In this document: positions 12,317 through 41,405 of the stretch, in pieces
How positions within the stretch are numbered: the stretch's first letter is position 1
Layout: the number at the start of each line of letters is the position of its first letter
Origin: Octopus sinensis
Lineage: Eukaryota
Assembly (NCBI RefSeq): GCF_006345805.1
Contig: NC_043009.1
Location: forward strand, 55,800,001-55,864,000
Direction: 5' to 3'
Length of the DNA stretch: 64,000 bases
Position numbers and translations under genes: made by a program
Notes under the pieces: model-generated
What the model saw: only the letters and a program-made list of their open reading frames with translations
What the model was told of the DNA's origin: nothing
Databases searched by the model: none

Positions 12317-12356
<40 letters not shown>

Positions 12357-13576
12357 TCACTCACACACACACACACACGTATGTAATGAAAAAAGTTCAA
12401 ACGGGGAATTATTCCATTCAATATCATGTTTATTATAGATATTATGTAACAAATTATACTTAACACTTCTCTATTTAACCGTACCTGTATATTCCTTATT
12501 TTTGCTTCTGGTGTCTTCTACCTTTCTATTAGAAACGTTTATCTGGGAATTTACTTAAAGTGAAGAAAAAAATATCGAATACAACAGATAAGTCGTTTTA
12601 ATAACATGTTTCCGTGTACCAGACCTTCAGCTTTTATTTTAGCATAACGAGTTTTCTGGTGAGGACTTCATCTGCCTTCATTGCGTTTGTTGCTTCAGTA
12701 GAAATCAACAGATGCATAAACGCACAAAACGGAGAAAAATAATCAAATATGGACGAGTTGTTCCCAAACACCATTGAGTGGGAATCCCTCAAAATTCCTG
12801 TCTTCGGTATCTACATAGTCCGAGATATATTTGTAGAGGATTTTAATTTTAAAAAATCCATTTTCTTGAAAGTTAAGACGAATTGAAGTGGACTCCGGTG
12901 AATTTCCCGAAATTCCCCTCCTAAAACACTTTCCCCCCAAAATTTTGTATATTCGGAATCTACATCTATATATATAAAACTGTAGTTGTGTGAGTGTCTG
13001 TCCCCTTCGATTTAGATTCCTAACTACTCCCACATTTTGCGGTGCAGTTTAACCAAATTCGGGTATCTTATAGTCGTGATTCATATCGAGCCCGTCTGAG
13101 TATTAGCGCGCGTCTACGATGAGTCTACGATTTTAAAAATAATTTAACATCATTTTTTATTCCATTTTAATGCATAATTTTTCGTGTGTCGATGGCGGCG
13201 GAGTTGGCGTCCATGGTCACACCTGCACCTGTTTGCTTCTCCCCCTTCTTCCCTCCCTCGTGAAGCTGTGGGGAAGGGAGTGTAAGGAAATCAACGTCGT
13301 AAAGCGATGTCAAGGAGACCAGCGTTCTTTTAGAACAACGACTTCATGGCTTGAAGACACCAAAACAGAAATGGCTAAGAAAGCCCGAATTGGCATCTAT
13401 AAGGGAAGTAACTCTTTAAAGATGCTTATATAGTTATTTCCCTTACAAACCCGAGCAACGCCGGGCAATACTGCTAGTGATATATAAAATATTCGTAGAA
13501 AATTTCATTAAAAATATCAATTTTCCTGAAAGTTATGATCATCCACATTCGAGGGGGCAGAAACCTGTAGTTGTGC
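11940..13576. mobile_element. Large inverted-repeat (fold-back) DNA element with about 350-bp arms
   Basis: 11940-12310 is the diverged reverse complement of 12745-12964 plus 13478-13576; the right arm is split by a Helitron. Confidence 0.6.
12965..13477 (+). mobile_element. Non-autonomous Helitron
   Basis: A|TC...CTAG|T ends, subterminal hairpin cccgagcaacgccggg, no TSD; second family member at 14456-14851. Confidence 0.85.
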
Positions 13577-14455
13577 TTGAGTAGTGTCCCTTTAACATCA
13601 CGCAAAAATTTGATTAAAATTTGAGAATTACAGTTAAATATCTTTTCTTCTAATGGATAAAATTTTACGAAACCTTTACCAATATATTCCTTTAACATTT
13701 CTCTTTCATATTGATGTCAATATAATAATTCTTAATCAAAATGAAAAGAATGGTGTGGATTCAAAATGTCGATATCGGGCGTTACTACCCGTCAGTCAAC
13801 CAGTTTGGTCTATACATTTTTTCTTTTAACTTTTGTTGTACTGCACCAGATTTTAAGTATTTTATGTCCAAATGTAGCTTATCACTAGTTAAACATAATT
13901 CAACAAACTGAATTTGATTTCGATTAAAACTGAATTAGTGAGACTGCTTGGAAGACGCCGGCTGCAACAAAAAAAGCTCCGCTATAGCTTTGTTAAGCTA
14001 TACGCGAAGTAGTGGAGACGAGAATACGTTTATCAAAGGTTTATTACTTTACGTACATCGGGGCTTAAGTCGCCAATTATTTCTGTTTAGTTCATTCAGA
14101 TTAGTTTCACACCCTTAAGAATATTATTCACCTAGTTGTTGAATGATAAAATACTACAATTAGCCGTCATCTTTGACGGCACGGGGCCAGCTAGTTTATT
14201 ACAAACTACGTTATGGGAGTACCAAATCTGAACGTTAACTTCTTTGAGATCAACAGAATAGTTGTTTATATCTTAGTCAAAAGAATTGTCATACAGGACA
14301 AATAAAAAAAAAATTCCCCACAAATGGTTTCAGTACGGTTATAATAAAAAGTTCTGTGGTAATTTTCTCTCATGTAAATAAATGTTTATGTTAATTAAAA
14401 ATATTTCAGGCAAAACCTTATAAAATGACAAAGTTCTAAAAGATGTACATGTTTA

Positions 14456-14851
14456 TCTTTATATATAGAAGTCAAGTTGTGTGTCTGTCTCCTACGATTT
14501 AGATTCCTAACTACACCCAGATTTTGCGGTGCAGTGTAACCAAAAGCGGGTATCTTATAGTCGTGATTCATATCGAGCCCTTCTGGGTATTAGCGTGCGT
14601 CTACGATGAGTCTACGATTAAAAAAAAAATTTACCATAATTTTTCCGTATTTTTAATGCATTTTCGCTCGGTTTATATAAGGGAAGTAACTCTCTAAAAA
14701 TATATTATTAAATCTCAGAACGTAAAAAGCTACAGTAACCCCCCCCTTTGTGATTAGCCATATTGAGATGGCTATCATACTTTATATCTCTAAAAATGCT
14801 TATATAGTTATTTCCCTTACACACCCGAGCAACGTCGGGCGATACTGCTAG
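14456..14851 (+). mobile_element. Non-autonomous Helitron (same family, internally shorter)
   Basis: A|TC...CTAG|T, hairpin cccgagcaacgtcggg; 5' and 3' parts match 12965-13477. Confidence 0.85.
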
Positions 14852-17800
14852 TATGTTATATATGAAAATAAAAAGTACTGTTATCACTTAAATTAATATT
14901 TCTGGTTGTGATGTTTGAACTACGGTGATCGGCAGCACTGCTATGGTTTTGTCATTCACTTGATGCAAATAACCGAAAAGAGGATGAAAGCTTGTTAACA
15001 TTCCTTTCATCTTTTTTAGGATATTTTTTCATTTAGAAAATTATCAAATGTTTCTTAGAAGTAACTCAACCTTTAAATAATCCTTTCTACTACAGGCAGA
15101 CGAGCCGAAATTTTGCGGGGATGGTGTCAATCAACTATATCGACCTCAGTGATCAACTGGTAAATAATTTATCGAGCCCAAAAGGATGAAGGGCAAAGTT
15201 GACCATGGCAGTTTTAGAATCATTAAATAACGTGAGACTTATATTAGGCGTGGGTTATGTATGCCGAGAAAGAAGGGTTAGGGATATGATGTAAGCTCCC
15301 CACCTAGCTGACGACTTACCGTTAGCAACTTTGAGTAATTTTGTGGTAACAGACTGTGTGATAACTTGGTTCGCTTATGATATTTTATTGGTAGTAACAA
15401 TTTTGTGTCTTGCGGACTAAGCTCACCCGGACCATAACACTCGGTCTCCTATCGGTAATACGGCCATATTCACGCAGGACAATGTTTTGATATATTAAAA
15501 CCGAAAATAACTAAAATATGTTTTATATGTCGGTAAATACGATAACTGAAGAAGCGAGGACTTTCTGAGCAACTTAATTAATTTCGCTTTGTCTACGATT
15601 CAAACCGGGTTACACATAACGCAAGAGATACGCAAGACTAATCTTTCGCGCAAGATTACTGGGTGCACAAAATTTGCAAAAACACTGCAATTTTGAAATA
15701 TTCACAACCAACTAATTTTTAACGGTGAAGCCTCAAATATTTGTAAAGGACTTCTTCAAATACGTTACTTCGGAGTCTAACTTCCAAATATTCTTTTCAA
15801 GTCCAGCAGCTTTAGAAGGCGGTGGTTAGTCGATTATACCTCAACCAGTACTGGTAGTTTACTATATCGACATCAAAAGAATGAAAGGCAAAGTTGACCT
15901 CAGAACGTAAAGCTTCTCGCATGCGACAATTGATATTTTCCGCCCATGCAAGTCCGGTATAAAGAGTGGATTTGTGATTCATATGTTAGTTTGATAAATG
16001 CAATGCACGAACCTCTCAGGCTTTAAAACACACATGTAATCTAAGAACCAAATATTAAAATATATTTAGTCATATGTAGTTGTCCAACCAAATGCTGGTT
16101 GTTGAAAATGAATGAAAGGTTGGGTAAGACACTAGTAGTTCAAACATATTTCATAGAAATATGTACATGAAGGACTAATTTAAGTAAATAAACATTTAGA
16201 AAGTTGACAAAATAAAACTGCTTTTTGAGGGGTGCAGGAATCAATGGATTGTTGTTAATGCATAGAAATAAGGGTTTATAAATCTACTGATATAATATTA
16301 TTAATAACAGTTAAAAACGTTGGCACAATTCCACATAGCATTTTGTTCAACACTAAAAGTTCTGCCATTTCATTATCTTGTGTTTCAGGCAAATCATTCG
16401 GCCAATAAAAGCATACATCCTTGTTATAGTTCTGTTCTATATTGATTGATCCGTAAAAATCTTTCATTACAACTCTGTAATCTTTTATTGACTTCCCAGT
16501 AAGTTTGTTTTAGATGGCGTTATATATTGCAGGTGGGTGAGATTTTGTGTAAGTATGTATATGTATATGCACGTATATGCTTATCACCATTGTCAGTTTG
16601 TCTATCTATGCTACTTATCTATGTCGTTAAATTATATTATTTTCAATGATCCATTACATTATTACTTAAGTGAAGATTTTCCATTGATATTTATTATCTA
16701 TGAAGTAGAAAATGAAGTATATATTATTTTATGTTGTTTGACATATTGTATATAGATGGCGTGGATAAGTCGACAGATTTTCTGTTCTGACACTATTTAC
16801 CAATTCTTCATGCTATTCTAGAGCATACATGTCACTTTTGATTTACGCACATTAATGCTCCATTTTCCTTTACGTACAATTTGGGCTGCTTCTCCTATGT
16901 AGATAAAAGAGTTTTCACTGCTTCTGAATACAGTTAGTTTCTACTACAGACACAAAGCCAAACTTCTTGTGGGAATGTACAGTCTATTATACTGATCCTA
17001 GTACTTAACCTGTACTTAATTTAACGATAGCGGAAAGATAAAATGCAAAATTGACTTAGGCAGGATTTTAAACTAGAACACAGCAATATATATCTAAATA
17101 ATAAGAGACATTATGTCTGAAACTCTTCTGATTTTGCTATTCAGAACAACACATATCATTAATATGCCAAGCAGAAATCTCTCATACAAGTTTATGAATA
17201 ATATATTTTAATTAGCTGTTGAATGTGCAGATAATTAAGCACAACTGAACATAAAGTTTTGTAATCTGTTTTCCAAATTATTTTTTAAAATTATTTTTAA
17301 GTATCCCAATGCTTTCAGTAAAAAAAAATTTTCCACCAAATATAGTATCGATTATCAATCTTATGAATTTATTGCTTCTTCTGAGAACATTACAATACCG
17401 GCCGCTATTTGGACCCTGTTGTGTCCACTGCTCCGATTGGTTGGCATTGGTGCAGTTTGTCTCTTGACTTATTTCGTGCCAGTGTGTAAACCAACCAATC
17501 GCAACCTTCCGATAAGGTCCCGTGACACTGTTTTTCTTATGCCTTGTTTGAGCCACCTAAACCCTTTAAAAAGGCTAGATCGACAGACTATTATTCGTCT
17601 TTGGTTCTAGTCCTTCTCAGGACCAACCTCTGACCACAGAGCGACTCAGCCAGTTCCAATTCCAGCGACAGACAACATGCAGCAACTCAGGACCGTTCTC
17701 CATCCGACGCCATCATCACAACACAGACTTTGCTAAATGGGTGTAAAGTGTGTCTGTGGTAGTATGTTTGTGGTGGAGTGACTGTGTAGCGGACTAGACT

Positions 17801-18390
17801 ATGGTTTTACTGAAGGTTGTTATATTGTCTATGGTTGATGTGGTTTGGGTTAAATTTATTTTTAATATTGTAATATGGGTGGAGGGAGAAGTTATGTTGT
17901 CTGATTAGGTTGTATCTAGTTGAATGCTTAAGTATCAGTGTTGAGGGTTAAGTCTCGGAAGCAAGCTCTTCCATTGATTGTGAAACGATGCGAGGTAGAT
18001 TGGTGAGTATTGGTTTCCGAAAGTTTAGGTTAGTCTGGAGGTCTGGATGGATCCTTTGATGTGTATGTAGGGTGCTTTGAGGATTACGTCCAGATTTTCA
18101 ATTGTGGGCTGAATTCATTATTGTTGTTTGAAAGTTATTTTTGGGTGTAGGAGAGGTTAGGTCGGTAGAGTTGTGTTCCATAGATCGTCAGTGGTTTGTG
18201 TTAGAAAAGTGTGGGCTCATCTCTGCGTTGGTTTTTGGTTTAATTTTCTTAAGGAAGGGGTTATCCGATGCTTCTTCTATGATGAACTGTGTTTCGTAGT
18301 TTATAAAGAAATTGGCTTTTCTTTCCCAGCGTTGTAAGGAATTGGTTTCTTTGGCTTCACAAGTTTCAAATGACTGAAACAAGTAAAAGA

Positions 18391-18426
<36 letters not shown>

Positions 18427-18762
18427 CACATTGCTTTCGCTTTCCGTCAACCAAATCCACTTAAAGGGCTTCGGTCACCACCAGGCTATAGTAGACGACA
18501 CATGAGGTCTCACGCTGTAGGACTGGACCAACAACCATGTGCTAGGGAACTTCTCACCACACACACACACATACACACACGCACAAATACAATCATGCAT
18601 ACGGTTATTTATAGATATATCTATGCATGTGCATGCAAATACATGTGTGTGAATGCGTTATCCATTACTTGGAAACAGGAAGAAGGGTCAGTTTCAGGAA
18701 GATCGAGCGTGGAATAACAGAATAAAAGGAAAGAAAAGAAAACGAAATAACACACGCACACG

Positions 18763-18809
<47 letters not shown>

Positions 18810-19809
18810 ACATAATTGAAACGAAAATGGAGATTTACGATTGACATGTTTTAATTTATTAACATAATATTATTATTATTATCATATAATATGAATATAA
18901 ATATCATAATCCTACAATTGTTTCAATTCAGACCCAATGATAAATTTATAAAAATTCGTGTTTTTTAGGGAAATATTTGACAAAAATTAGAGATCAGTGT
19001 TTTAGATCTCAGAACAGACTGAATTAGATATTCTTAAAAGTACGCAAACATTATATGACCATTATATTAGGTTTTCTTTTTTTTAATCTTTTGCTTGTTT
19101 CAATCATTTGACAGCGGTCATGCTGGAGCACCGCCTTTGAATACATACACATATATATTTTTTCCTATCTGGTCTGTAATAGATTTGTGACTATTCGGTG
19201 GTACAGAAGTACTTTTTGACTTCTGTCATTAGCGATATAGGTAGTCATGTAGTACCCTTGTGTATATATGTACATATCTAATAATGTATGTATATATTTT
19301 ATTAATTTGCCTGTACGGCTGATAATTCGCTTACCACTTGTGATGGTATTTTAATAATATCATCCCTATATTCATTTATACACACACACACACACATACA
19401 CACACACACACACATATATATATACATATACACGACGGGCTTCTTTCAGTTTCCTCCTACCAAATCCACTCACAAGGCTTTGCTCGGCTCGAGGCTATAG
19501 TAGAAGACACTTGCCCAAGGTGCCAGCAGTGGTACTGAATCCGGAACCATGTGACTGGTAGCCAAGCTTCTTGCCACGCAGCCATGCATGCACCTATAAA
19601 TTTATTTATTTTTAATTCATTTTATACTTTTTATTATATATCTTTTTAAGTGATTGACACTCACACTTACAAAGTAGTATATTTAATTCAGCCTGTTCTA
19701 GGGTCTGAATTGAAACAATTATTATTATTATTATTATTATTATTATTGGGTCTGAATTGAAGCAACTGTAGGATTATGATATTTATATTTACATTATATT
19801 ATATTGTAT

Positions 19810-19848
<39 letters not shown>

Positions 19849-20062
19849 TAATATTTTTTAATAAACTAAAATATGTCAATCGTAAAGCTCCATTTTCTTT
19901 TCATTTTTGTATATTGAATATATACCGATTTGAACTGTGAAAAAGTTTTCTCTGCTATATTGGGTATTAAACTGCCAAAACAGAAAAATTGAATGTTTCC
20001 ATCCCTATAGAGGAGACTGTTTTCCTTGTATTGGATTTTTATTTTTCGTGAGTATATATATA

Positions 20063-20222
20063 TATCACTTAACTGCTTCTCGTTCGCGGGTGATTTTTAC
20101 CAGCATTTCTCGGGACCAGCCATGGGAACGAGAATGGGCCCCAACTATGCGAACCTGTTCGTTGGCTACGTTGAGGCCCAAATATTCTCAAGTTTCACTG
20201 GTCTCACTCCTGAACTATACGG
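20063..20222 (+). mobile_element. Penelope-like reverse transcriptase fragment
   Basis: CFSFAGDFYQHFSGPAMGTRMGPNYANLFVGYVE matches the PLE RT GxAMGx..P.YANLF motif. Confidence 0.7.
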
Positions 20223-20714
20223 TCCGATTGGTTATACGTGGCAAATTGGCGCCACAGAGTAAGAGACAAATTGCGCCAATATTAACCAATCAGAGTAGTG
20301 GAGTTAGCGGGCTGCAGATAGTGGCCAAATGCTAGCTGTTACCTGCTACGTTCGAATGCACGCGTATATAATAATGGGAGAGAGGATTTTCATCTGTGTC
20401 AAGCTACAAATTATAAGGAAGTGTAGGGTTTCGGCTTACGATTCTTTTTATTCTTTTTTATTTGTTTCAGTCATTTGATTGCAGCCATGCTGGAGCACCG
20501 CCTTCTTAATGAAAATTAACAATTATTCTTTTTAAATTACTATTCTAAAACTTTCTATTTCAAATCAAGTCTTTAGCTGTTATTTCATAAGTTTCAATGC
20601 TTTAAACACAGGACGATACGGTGCCTGATTTTCTAAATACCTTAGATTTTAAAAGCCTTCCATCAAGCACTACTCCGTTTGTTCCTGCTATAACAATAGA
20701 TTCGTGCTAATGTT

Positions 20715-20797
20715 ACGGGGATGTAAACACACCAGCATCGGTTGTCAAGCGATGTTGGGGGGACAAACACAGACACACAAACATACACACTCGCATG

Positions 20798-20839
<42 letters not shown>

Positions 20840-21010
20840 CATACATACGACAGGCTTCTTTCAGTTTCCGTCTACCAAATCCACTCACAAGGCTTTGTTC
20901 GGCCCGAGGCTATAGAAGAAGACACTTGCCCAAGGTGCCACGCAGCGGGACTGAACCCGGAAGCGTGTGGTTGGTAAGCAAGCTACTTACCACACAGCCA
21001 CACCTGCGCC
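20715..21010 (-). mobile_element. tRNA-derived SINE, family 1 (truncated)
   Basis: Matches family 1 head and body; abuts the pseudo-exon 1. Confidence 0.75.
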
Positions 21011-21053
21011 GAAATCTGTTGCAACCAAGCCTGCCCAACAGTCCCTAGAACAT
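21011..21053 (-). pseudogene. Orphan degenerate DHDH exon 1
   Basis: Minus strand ATG TTC TAG GGA CT- -GT TGG GCA GGC TTG GTT GCA ACA GAT TTC aligns to B exon 1 ATG CGC TGG GGA CTC TGT TCG GCA GGT CTG ATT GCA ACG GAT TTC. The upstream flank (ctctccgtaaat...tgtttagctg) matches the B promoter. Confidence 0.6.
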
Positions 21054-22551
21054 ACTTTCTCCTTCTGAAATACACTAAAAAAATGTCGAAATAACCTTTG
21101 TTATAATATTTGTTTTTAAACATGATCTCTCCGTAAATATTCATTTGGTTGTTTAGCTGTTAGACAGCATCGAAACATATTCGCCAGTGAGAATAGCAAA
21201 AAATGTTGCTAAACATGACGTAAATACATGCAGATATGTATGTACTAATTTTTTATCTTCGCGACAAATTTGACAATAATCTTTGCAGCAGGGTGCATTG
21301 TTTAACCTTTTGAAATACCTTGATAATTTAAACATGTGTTTGACGGCTGTATATAATACATACAACTAGAGCTATTGTAAGTGACTAATTTTCACAGTGC
21401 TGCTGTTATTGAGGACTACTCTGGTGAAGAGCATCATTATTCTAGAGACACGTTATATATGTGTAGGTAAAATAAGCTGTTTGTATAATGAAAAAACAAA
21501 AACTGCAGTCGGGTTACAGGTTTTCCCACGAACTTATCACGAACTTAAAATACACATCTGAGTTTAGTAGTGACGAGGGAATGTCTGTGACAGAATCTAG
21601 AGCAAATATTAAAGAGGATAATTTAGAAAAAAAGCAGCGTTCTTTTGTATATCTTGCCTACGTTTACAAATTTTAATGCACACACACACACACACACACA
21701 TACAAACACACACACGCACACACGCACACACACACACACACACACGGGGCCTACAAAGGTAATGTAGTCAGTTGAGAAACATTTTCAAGAGAGTTAGTAA
21801 ACAAAGCTGATCTGTAGGGATTGTGGTTATGGCGGCGTTGGGTAAGGGTTAAAATTAAATAAATATATAAATAAAAAGAGGGTAATATTTTGATTTAAAG
21901 ATTGATATTAGTGAAGAGAAAAAAGAGTGAAAGAGAGAGGGAGGGAAGGAGAAGCAGAAACAGAGAGATAGGGAGAAAACATGAGAGAGAGAGAGAGAGA
22001 TTAGCGAGAAAGAGTTACAGAATGGAGGGGACAGAATGAACAGAATCTTGGGAAAGGGTTGTAGAATGGACTATCAACATGTTTTTGTCCCATTTCTCCT
22101 GTTCAACTAAACCTTCTAGACTTCGTTGTCACCGGAGTGACTAACTCGTTGAGTCGTCACCGACTGTGACTAACTGATTTTTGTTTGGGGTGTGCTTGCT
22201 TTTATAACTATCCAGAAGGATAGATATATAATTGAGAACAATAGATTTTGTTGGTGGCCTTGTTATCTGTATTCTAAATTTTGGTGACGTAGAAGAGGTT
22301 AGAAAGGGTCAAGTGGTGAAGACATTATTTCGGCCTAGCTAAAGGCATCTAGAAAATGTAAAACTGTTGTCACAGAAGTAACATTGTTCCACCATGGGAA
22401 AAGTTCTGTTGAAGTGTTAAATTTGGCTATGGTTGATCGAATCCACCTCATGCTTGCAAGATCCACTACATATGTTTTCCACATATTTTCAACTCTTAAT
22501 TTTGCCACGTGGTGTATACTGAATCTACAGTATTTTTGCCCCTTTTATTTT

Positions 22552-22582
<31 letters not shown>

Positions 22583-23289
22583 GGAGAGAGAGAGAGAGTG
22601 AGAGAGAGATGGAGATTATATATACACATACACATATACATATACATGCACATATACATACACATATACATACACATACACAGACAGACAGACAGACAGA
22701 CACATAGATAGATAGATAGATAGATAGATACATACATACATACATACATACATACATACATACAAACAAACAAACAAACAAACAAACAAACATACATACA
22801 TACATAGAGAGATACATAGACAGCCAGCCAGCCAGCCAGACAGGACAGACAGACAGACAAATAAATGGAGTTAAACGCCGGTGTTATTCAAATTCTTTTA
22901 CTTCCGAAATATGTTTCGAAGACAACTCTGGTATTATTCCAGAGGGAATAAAATGGTGTAAAACAATCTTCTCATCAGGGAAAGAAAGAAACCAAACACA
23001 TCAATAAGACATTTTAAAAAACCGTTAGTAGATATAACTTCAAAGCTAGTTTATAGAAAGTGGAGGAGAAAGAAATTAGCAGAAAAATAATCATAGAGAG
23101 ATATAGAGCAATAGATGAATTAGAATAAAGCTTAAAGGCATGGAAGTAAATATATTTAAGGGAAGTGAAATGTAAGAAGACAGTCAAAGATCAAGTTTTA
23201 TAGAATGGTAGAAATCCCTAATAGGAACCAAAGTTATATTTCTGTCAATGTTTGCAACGATAAACGCGTTCTATAAACGTGTTTTCAAG

Positions 23290-23600
23290 GGGATTCTTTT
23301 AGAATAGGATAAAAAACATTTCAGTATTACAAAGCGAACAAAAAGATTTACCTTTGTCATACGGTAAAGAAAAAGAGAGAATATTCCATTTCAAATCAAA
23401 TTGTTTATGATCTTTTAGATCCCATATTAATTTAATAAACCCAACATTGTTACGTTTATTGATATGCCTAAATGTTGAGTAATGATTAGATATTCTTTTG
23501 GACAACTGAGATGAGGAACTACCTATTTAAAAAAAGACGTCAGACCCGGAAGTAATTTTACATTGATAATGTAAGGCTTTCCTAACACAAAAAATCTTTC
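23290..23600 (-). mobile_element. Penelope-like GIY-YIG endonuclease relic
   Basis: Minus frame reads HYQCKITSGSDVFF*IGSSSSQLSKRISNHYSTFRH...IWDLK...KWNIL...PY...CSLCNTE; duplicated at about 62690-63000. Confidence 0.65.
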
Positions 23601-23844
23601 ACAAATCATCTCTTCGGATAATAATAAGTTGTTAAATACAAATCCACTTAATGAAAATATTAACTATAATTTTGTTAACACTAGCCATTCTTTAAATAAT
23701 AACAACAGCGGGGTTATTGCTTCTGAAGTTGACTCCTATCGTATACGTTTTCTTCGCAGTAATTCTAAGACAAGACACTGTTTATCGATGTAAAATTACT
23801 TCTGGGTCTATAAACACTGGAAAACACACACACACACACACACG

Positions 23845-23909
<65 letters not shown>

Positions 23910-24080
23910 ATGTATGCATGTATACCTGATTAAACATAAGCATGTATACTTAGTTATATACATGTATGTATAATTGATTATATATATGTATGTATACTTA
24001 GTCATATATATATGTATGTATACTAGGTTGTATGTATGTATGTTTGCATGCATGTATGGTTGGATGGACGTATATATGTG

Positions 24081-24126
<46 letters not shown>

Positions 24127-24227
24127 TGTGTGTGTATAATATCAGAATTATCGATTTTAGTAAGGAAATACTTCATTTTCTTTCAACCCTCTTCTCCTTC
24201 TCTCTGTCTCTCTTCCTCTTCTCCTTT

Positions 24228-39108
<14,881 letters not shown>

Positions 39109-41405
39109 TTTCCCACTTTTTGAAATATGCTAAGAAAATGTTGGAAGTTTCTAATCCTCTTCTTTCGTTTTTTTTTTTTTTTTTAATTTATCTCTCCGTA
39201 ATTGTTACACTTCTTTTGGCTGTTTAGCTACTAGATCTCCATGAAACATAAATGTAGCAAGAAGTATTACTAGCTGAGAGAGAGAGAAAGACGGACAGAC
39301 AGACAGGCTGACAGGCAGAGACACGCAGAGACACACAGAGACAGACAGATACAGAGACAGTGAGAAAGAGAAAAAAGGGAGAATTTTGAGAGTGGGAGAA
39401 AGAAGGAACAGAATCGCAAATGGTGTCGAAAGGAGGAGAATCAACATGCTTTTGTGAAACGTAGATAAAGTCAGACGAAATAGCATAATTAACATTCTTA
39501 GCCACAGAATTCGAAATATCAAAAAGCGATAAAGTTGTTCTACACTTATCAAAAAAAAAACATGACCTATATAGATATGTAAAAATATACATTTGTTAAT
39601 TTTTTTTTCTTCCACGATAAACCCACTGAACTGATTTCCCGCTGCATTGTCTCACTTTTTCAAATACCCAAACGAAATAAACTTGTTTTGAAAGCCTTGT
39701 ACTTTTAAAAGGAAATAATTTCTTTTCAGAAATGGAGTACTTATCACTTTAAAGGCCTCTACTCAATCTGCTACATATTCTATCGTTCAGTTAGTGGAAT
39801 TGCTTAGTCATAGAACGTAAAGCAAGACAGCAAAAGCAACACTAGTTTTTAGGTTGATAAACACGGTCACGAAGAAATATAAGATTGGCTTCAGTTTTCG
39901 TCAACCTGAAACTGTAGAAGACACTTAGGCATTTGCCTAAAGTACTGGGCCGATATGTTGACACCAGAAATATGTAGTTGTGAAGCAAGCCCATTAACTA
40001 CACACCATTATCTACGTTTAAGTATGATTATTCACACTTAGGCATTTGCCTAAGGTACTGGGCCGATATGTTGAAACCAGAAATATGTAGTTGTGAAGCA
40101 AGCCCATTAACTACACACCATTATCTACGTTTAAGTATGATTATTCACATAATGAGCGGTGTAATATACATTTCATACTAAATTCTACACTTGGCTAAGA
40201 AATTTCTCCAAGTAGAGGTAAGAAATTATGTCATATCTCCATCTTACCAACAACTACAATGTGGATGTATACGATTCACTGTGTCCCCGTCGAATCACGT
40301 TATTCTTCCTATCAATGCCTTTGTTACTCATCTTTATCACCGTCTCTTACTTGGCACTTCAAGTTGGTAACCTTAATAACTATAACACTGTCTTCTCCTC
40401 TTCTGCCACTTTCTCACTGCCATTCGGGTTATGGACGAGTCAGTTTATCAACTGAGTCTATCGTAAATATTGTCGCGCCTCTTCTATGAAACGGGAAGGA
40501 AGAGCCATTTTCATCGTACTTGTCGCTATGGCGAAAGAATGTGTATGGTAGACGCGTCTGAAAGGTCTAGAGATAAACACTATCCTCTCTGGTGAATCTC
40601 TCATCAACTCTTTCAAGTATCTCTTGAAGAGGAAGGTGAGAGCAGAGAGGGAACTTTTGTCTAGTGAATGTTTCAATAAAAAATGGGTGAATGTAGCAAG
40701 GATGGTACGTGTGAAAGACGGAGCCACCTTGAGCATAATCCTATAAACCAGAAAAAGAAAGGAAAAAAGAGTCACTTACTGTAATGTGCTTTTTGCATGA
40801 CACTATTGCCCGAGGTTACCGTGGTCTTTTCCGTAGGCTTTTCTTTCCATGGATGAACCTAATCTGTTTCCACTTTTACAGTATAACATTTTTTTGATAC
40901 ACGATCCCTATTGATCGGCTTTTTTTGTTTCTTCCTTCTTTCCACGATGCCTTTTGATCGAATTTCTACCCCCCCCACCACCACCACCACTTTTGCTCCT
41001 CCCCAAAAAGAAAAGCTCTACTTTGTATTTTGTCCCGTCTGTGTTCAGCCCTGTGTGGCCAATAAAGAAACATATCTATCGACCTACCTACCTATTTATC
41101 CACCTACCTATCTTTCGACATATCTATCTACATATTTTGTAATAAGATAGAATAGTGCAAGAAGAGGAGGTAAAAGAATAAGAGAGAGAAAAAAGAAAGA
41201 GTAAAAAGATCTATAGGGTAAGTACTTTTACTGCACCAGATTTTAAGTGTTTTATGTCTAAATGTAGCTTATCACCAGTCAAACATAATTCAGTAAACTA
41301 GTGGAGGCGAGAATTCATTTATCAAAGGTTTATTACTTTACGCACATCAGGGCTTAAGTCGCCAGTTATTTCTGTTTAGTTCTTTCAGATTCGTTTCACA
41401 CTCAC

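Noticed and set aside
17590-18365. Strand-skewed segment that looks like a decayed LINE on the minus strand
   Set aside because: No diagnostic RT or endonuclease motif could be read with confidence; needs a tBLASTx/HMM search.
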